The notes beneath the pieces were generated by a model that worked only from the letters and a program-made list of their open reading frames with translations, made no database searches and had not been told where the DNA came from. The position numbers and the translations under genes are program-made. 64,000 bases of DNA, from the NCBI GenBank assembly GCA_030390025.1, contig CM059431.1:114764001-114828000 (forward strand). Reading direction: 5' to 3'. Below, piece by piece: positions 60,916 through 64,000 of this stretch. The first letter of the stretch is position 1. Every line of letters begins with the position of its first letter. Source of the DNA: Squalus acanthias (Eukaryota).

Positions 60916-62414
60916 GAGGGGCAAGACTTTAAAATCTTTTGTTTGGCAATTTACAGCATACTTTGCGTTGCCTAAACTGCAACTGCACCAATCATAGGCT
61001 GTTTGTAAACCCCAGGTTTTAAAAAAATTATAGATCGCAATCAAGTTTTGCAACGGCGAGGTTGATGTTCAGATAGTCTTAGTTTCATTTTTTGTTGAAA
61101 GGAGCAGAGTCTTCCAAATTTCAGTATTGGGCATAAGGAAATCTTTATTGATGCATCTGATGGTAAATATCTATCTATATAATGGATTACAGATCTTTTG
61201 TCTGCATGTACTTCCTGTCTTAAAAAAAAAACCTTACTTTCCACTGTCAACTTTTTCCATTATAAATTTATATTTCCACATTTTGTAATGTTAACTGCAT
61301 ATGCCATGCTTTAGTTACACCCTCCTATTGGTAGTGGTGCTGTGCTGGCTCACTTTTGCATTTCCTAGCTCCTCAGTCTGTACTACAGAGAAGCTCCCAG
61401 GCTCCAAGTAGCTCTATGTCTCTGCTTCATAAATTGTTGTATGTTTTACTATTTAACTATAAATAATAATATCAAATCAAAGTATATAAAAATAAGAACA
61501 GGAAGAATAACTTTAAAATGGTGACTGAATTATGTCTTTGTATTCTGGTCCAATTATCTCCCATCCCACTTCACCTGAAGGCTATATTTGGTCTTGACCT
61601 CCTTTATTGAACGCAGAAGACCCACTAGTATATTAAAAAGTTATTAAATGCACTTTACTTTTATTTTAGTTGTGAGTTATTAGCCACTGCCAAGAATGCA
61701 AGAACAAGAAAAGGGAATTCAGCCCATCCAGTTTGCTTCAGCACCCAGATTTTAATTCGGGAACTGATCCAGCATTTTCCTTCTCTTGTTATATTGAGTT
61801 GTGCAAAATACACAGTTTCTTACATGCAAACATGTGGATTCTTATCTACTATCCCACTTCCTGGAAAAAGAGTAGCTCTTCCATTGTTCGAACAAATCAG
61901 TCAATCTAGTGTGAACTAACTTGGTCTCTAATAAGTTATAATCATGTATAGTCTAGATTTTCAGTTGCATATTGAAAACAAGGTGAGCATCTGAAAACAG
62001 ACCCTTTCAACAAAATCCCATTGTTTTAATGGGAAGTTGATGCAAATCACAAATTTGGATCAGAGCGATCATGTCCAACCATCCTCAGTTTCATTAAAAA
62101 TAAACACATTAATATGTATACAAATATCAAAATGTCTTTATATTGGTAAATCCACATATGTCAAATCCATACTTTCATAATTACTATATATGGATTAAAA
62201 TATTATACCAGTCTGTACTCTTGGACAGTGCATAATTATGCTGCACATTTTTTAATGGAGAACTCCTTCATGGATAACAATCTTAATAGATTTATGTTTT
62301 TAAACCATTTTCATTCTGTCAAACATGCATTTTGGTAGTTCAGATGCATTACATGGTAAATCAACATCAAATGATTTGGATTCAAAGTTTTTTATGACCT
62401 TGAGCGCTTGCATC

Positions 62415-63605
62415 ATGCATGTCACTAATAAGGTAGACAAGGGAGTGTCCATCCAGAAGGTGTGCGATAAGGTTCCACGCAGAAGATTATTAGCAAAAAT
62501 GAGAGCACACTGAATTGTAGGTAGCCTTTTGACTTGGGTTGGAAATTGGTAGGAGACATAGAGTGAGGCTAAAGGGTATGTACTTAGATTGGCAGAATGT
62601 GACAAGTGGTGGTCCCCAGAGATCTGTTCTGGGGCCTCAACTTTTCACCAAAATTATTAATGACTTGGATGACAGAATAGAATGCTGCACATCCAAGTTT
62701 GCAGGTGACACTAAATTAGGAGGGGCAGTAGGTAGTTCAGAAGGGAGCAGGAAGTTGCAAAGGGGCATAGACAGATTAAGTGAGTGGGCAAAACTATGGC
62801 AGATGGAATTCAATGTGGGCAAGTGTGAGGTCGTCCACTTTGGACCAGAAAGATAAATTGGAGTATTTTCTAAATCGTGAGAAGCTGGGTACTGTAGAGG
62901 AGCAAAGAAATTTGGGAATTCAAGTACACAAATCATTTAAAGCTTATAGACAGCTACAAAAAGCAATCAAAAAGGCTAATGGAATTTTGGCCATTATCTC
63001 AATAGGGCTGGAATACAAAGGGGAGGAAGTTACGCTGTAGTTGTAGACAGTCTTGATCAGACCCCATCTGGAGTATTGTCTTCAGTTTTGGGCACCACGC
63101 CTCAGGAAGGATATATTGGCCTTGAAAGGGGTACAGCGCAGATTCACCAGAATGATACAGGGGTTTAGAAGGTTAAATTTTGAGGACAGGTTGCATTAAC
63201 TTGGCTTATATTCCCTTGAGTATAGAAGATTGAGTGGTGATCTGATCAAGGTGTTAAATGGATTTGATAGGGTAGATACAGAGAAACTGTTTCCTCTGGT
63301 GGAGGAATCAAGAACAAGAGGATGTAATCTTAAAATTAGAGCTAGGCTGTTCAGGAGTGAAATCAGGAAGCACTTTTTCACTCAAAGGGTAGTGGAAATC
63401 TGAAATTATCTCTCCCAAAAGGTAGTGGATTTTGGGACATTTGGAGCTTTCAAGACTGAGACCGCTAGGTATTTGTTGGGCAAGGGTATCAAGTGATATG
63501 GAGCAAAGGTGGGTAAATGGAGTTGAGGTACACATCAGCCATGATCTAATTGATCGGTGGAGCAGGCTCAAGGGGCTGAATGGCCTACTCCTGTTCCTAT
63601 TACTC
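62415..63605 (+). mobile_element. Decayed CR1 RT/3' fragment
   Basis: [40 protein letters not shown]1 3' UTR. Confidence 0.9.
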
Positions 63606-64000
63606 CTCCTCTCCCATGTTGTTTATGCTTCTGATGCTGAATTAGCAATCTTCTATGTTTTGTTTATGCCAATGAAATGCAAATTAGGAGAAGTCTAAAT
63701 ACAGGAATTAAATAAGGTATTTAAAAGGAACAGTTCCTAAGTAAATTAATTGAAATACAAATGATGTAGCAATTCTTAATTTAATTGACACAATACAAAA
63801 TGTGTAGGCTCCTTGGTATATTTCCATACACTTGATTTAAAAATAGCACTGCCATTACACTTGAGATTAAGGTTCAGTGAAGTGTAAATTGCACTTGTAC
63901 CATGTTTAAATGTCATCACTTGGTTTGCTGTTCTGATTCGTCATTTTACTTGGCATCTCTTTATGCTTATGCTTGCAGTGTTGCAACTTCCCCTCTAAAG

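Noticed and set aside
1..64000. CRISPR arrays, rRNA, snoRNA or prokaryotic systems
   Set aside because: No regularly spaced repeat-spacer array, rRNA similarity or convincing C/D or H/ACA structure was seen; the sequence is intron-rich vertebrate DNA

Overview
Vertebrate genomic DNA, most likely a cartilaginous fish (shark), judged from the repeat content: CR1 and L2 LINEs, tRNA-headed Deu-domain SINEs and Penelope termini. It holds two divergently oriented protein-coding genes. RBM26 (minus strand) has 13 coding exons reconstructed by hand from ATG 44823 to 2069. All introns are GT-AG and phase-consistent, giving 660 codons (PWI domain, RS region, CCCH zinc finger, Pro-rich region, first RRM); the 3' exons lie left of the window. 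NDFIP2 (plus strand) shows only its first coding exon (54554-54592); the rest lies right of the window. Each gene has its own CpG-rich promoter, about 9 kb apart. Most remaining sequence is decayed transposable elements. The most notable observations are: (i) candidate stop-codon exons and a cluster of U1-site decoys in RBM26 intron 1; (ii) a Penelope-type hammerhead ribozyme core between the two genes; (iii) inverted ~3 kb CR1 copies bracketing RBM26 exons 10-11; (iv) a tail-to-tail CR1 palindrome next to the NDFIP2 promoter; (v) an RBM27-like 8-aa segment in RBM26 exon 10; (vi) DIRS and Vingi relics; (vii) a CpG-rich, structured tRNA-headed SINE. No database searches were run. Family assignments and human comparisons rest on recalled motifs and need confirmation.
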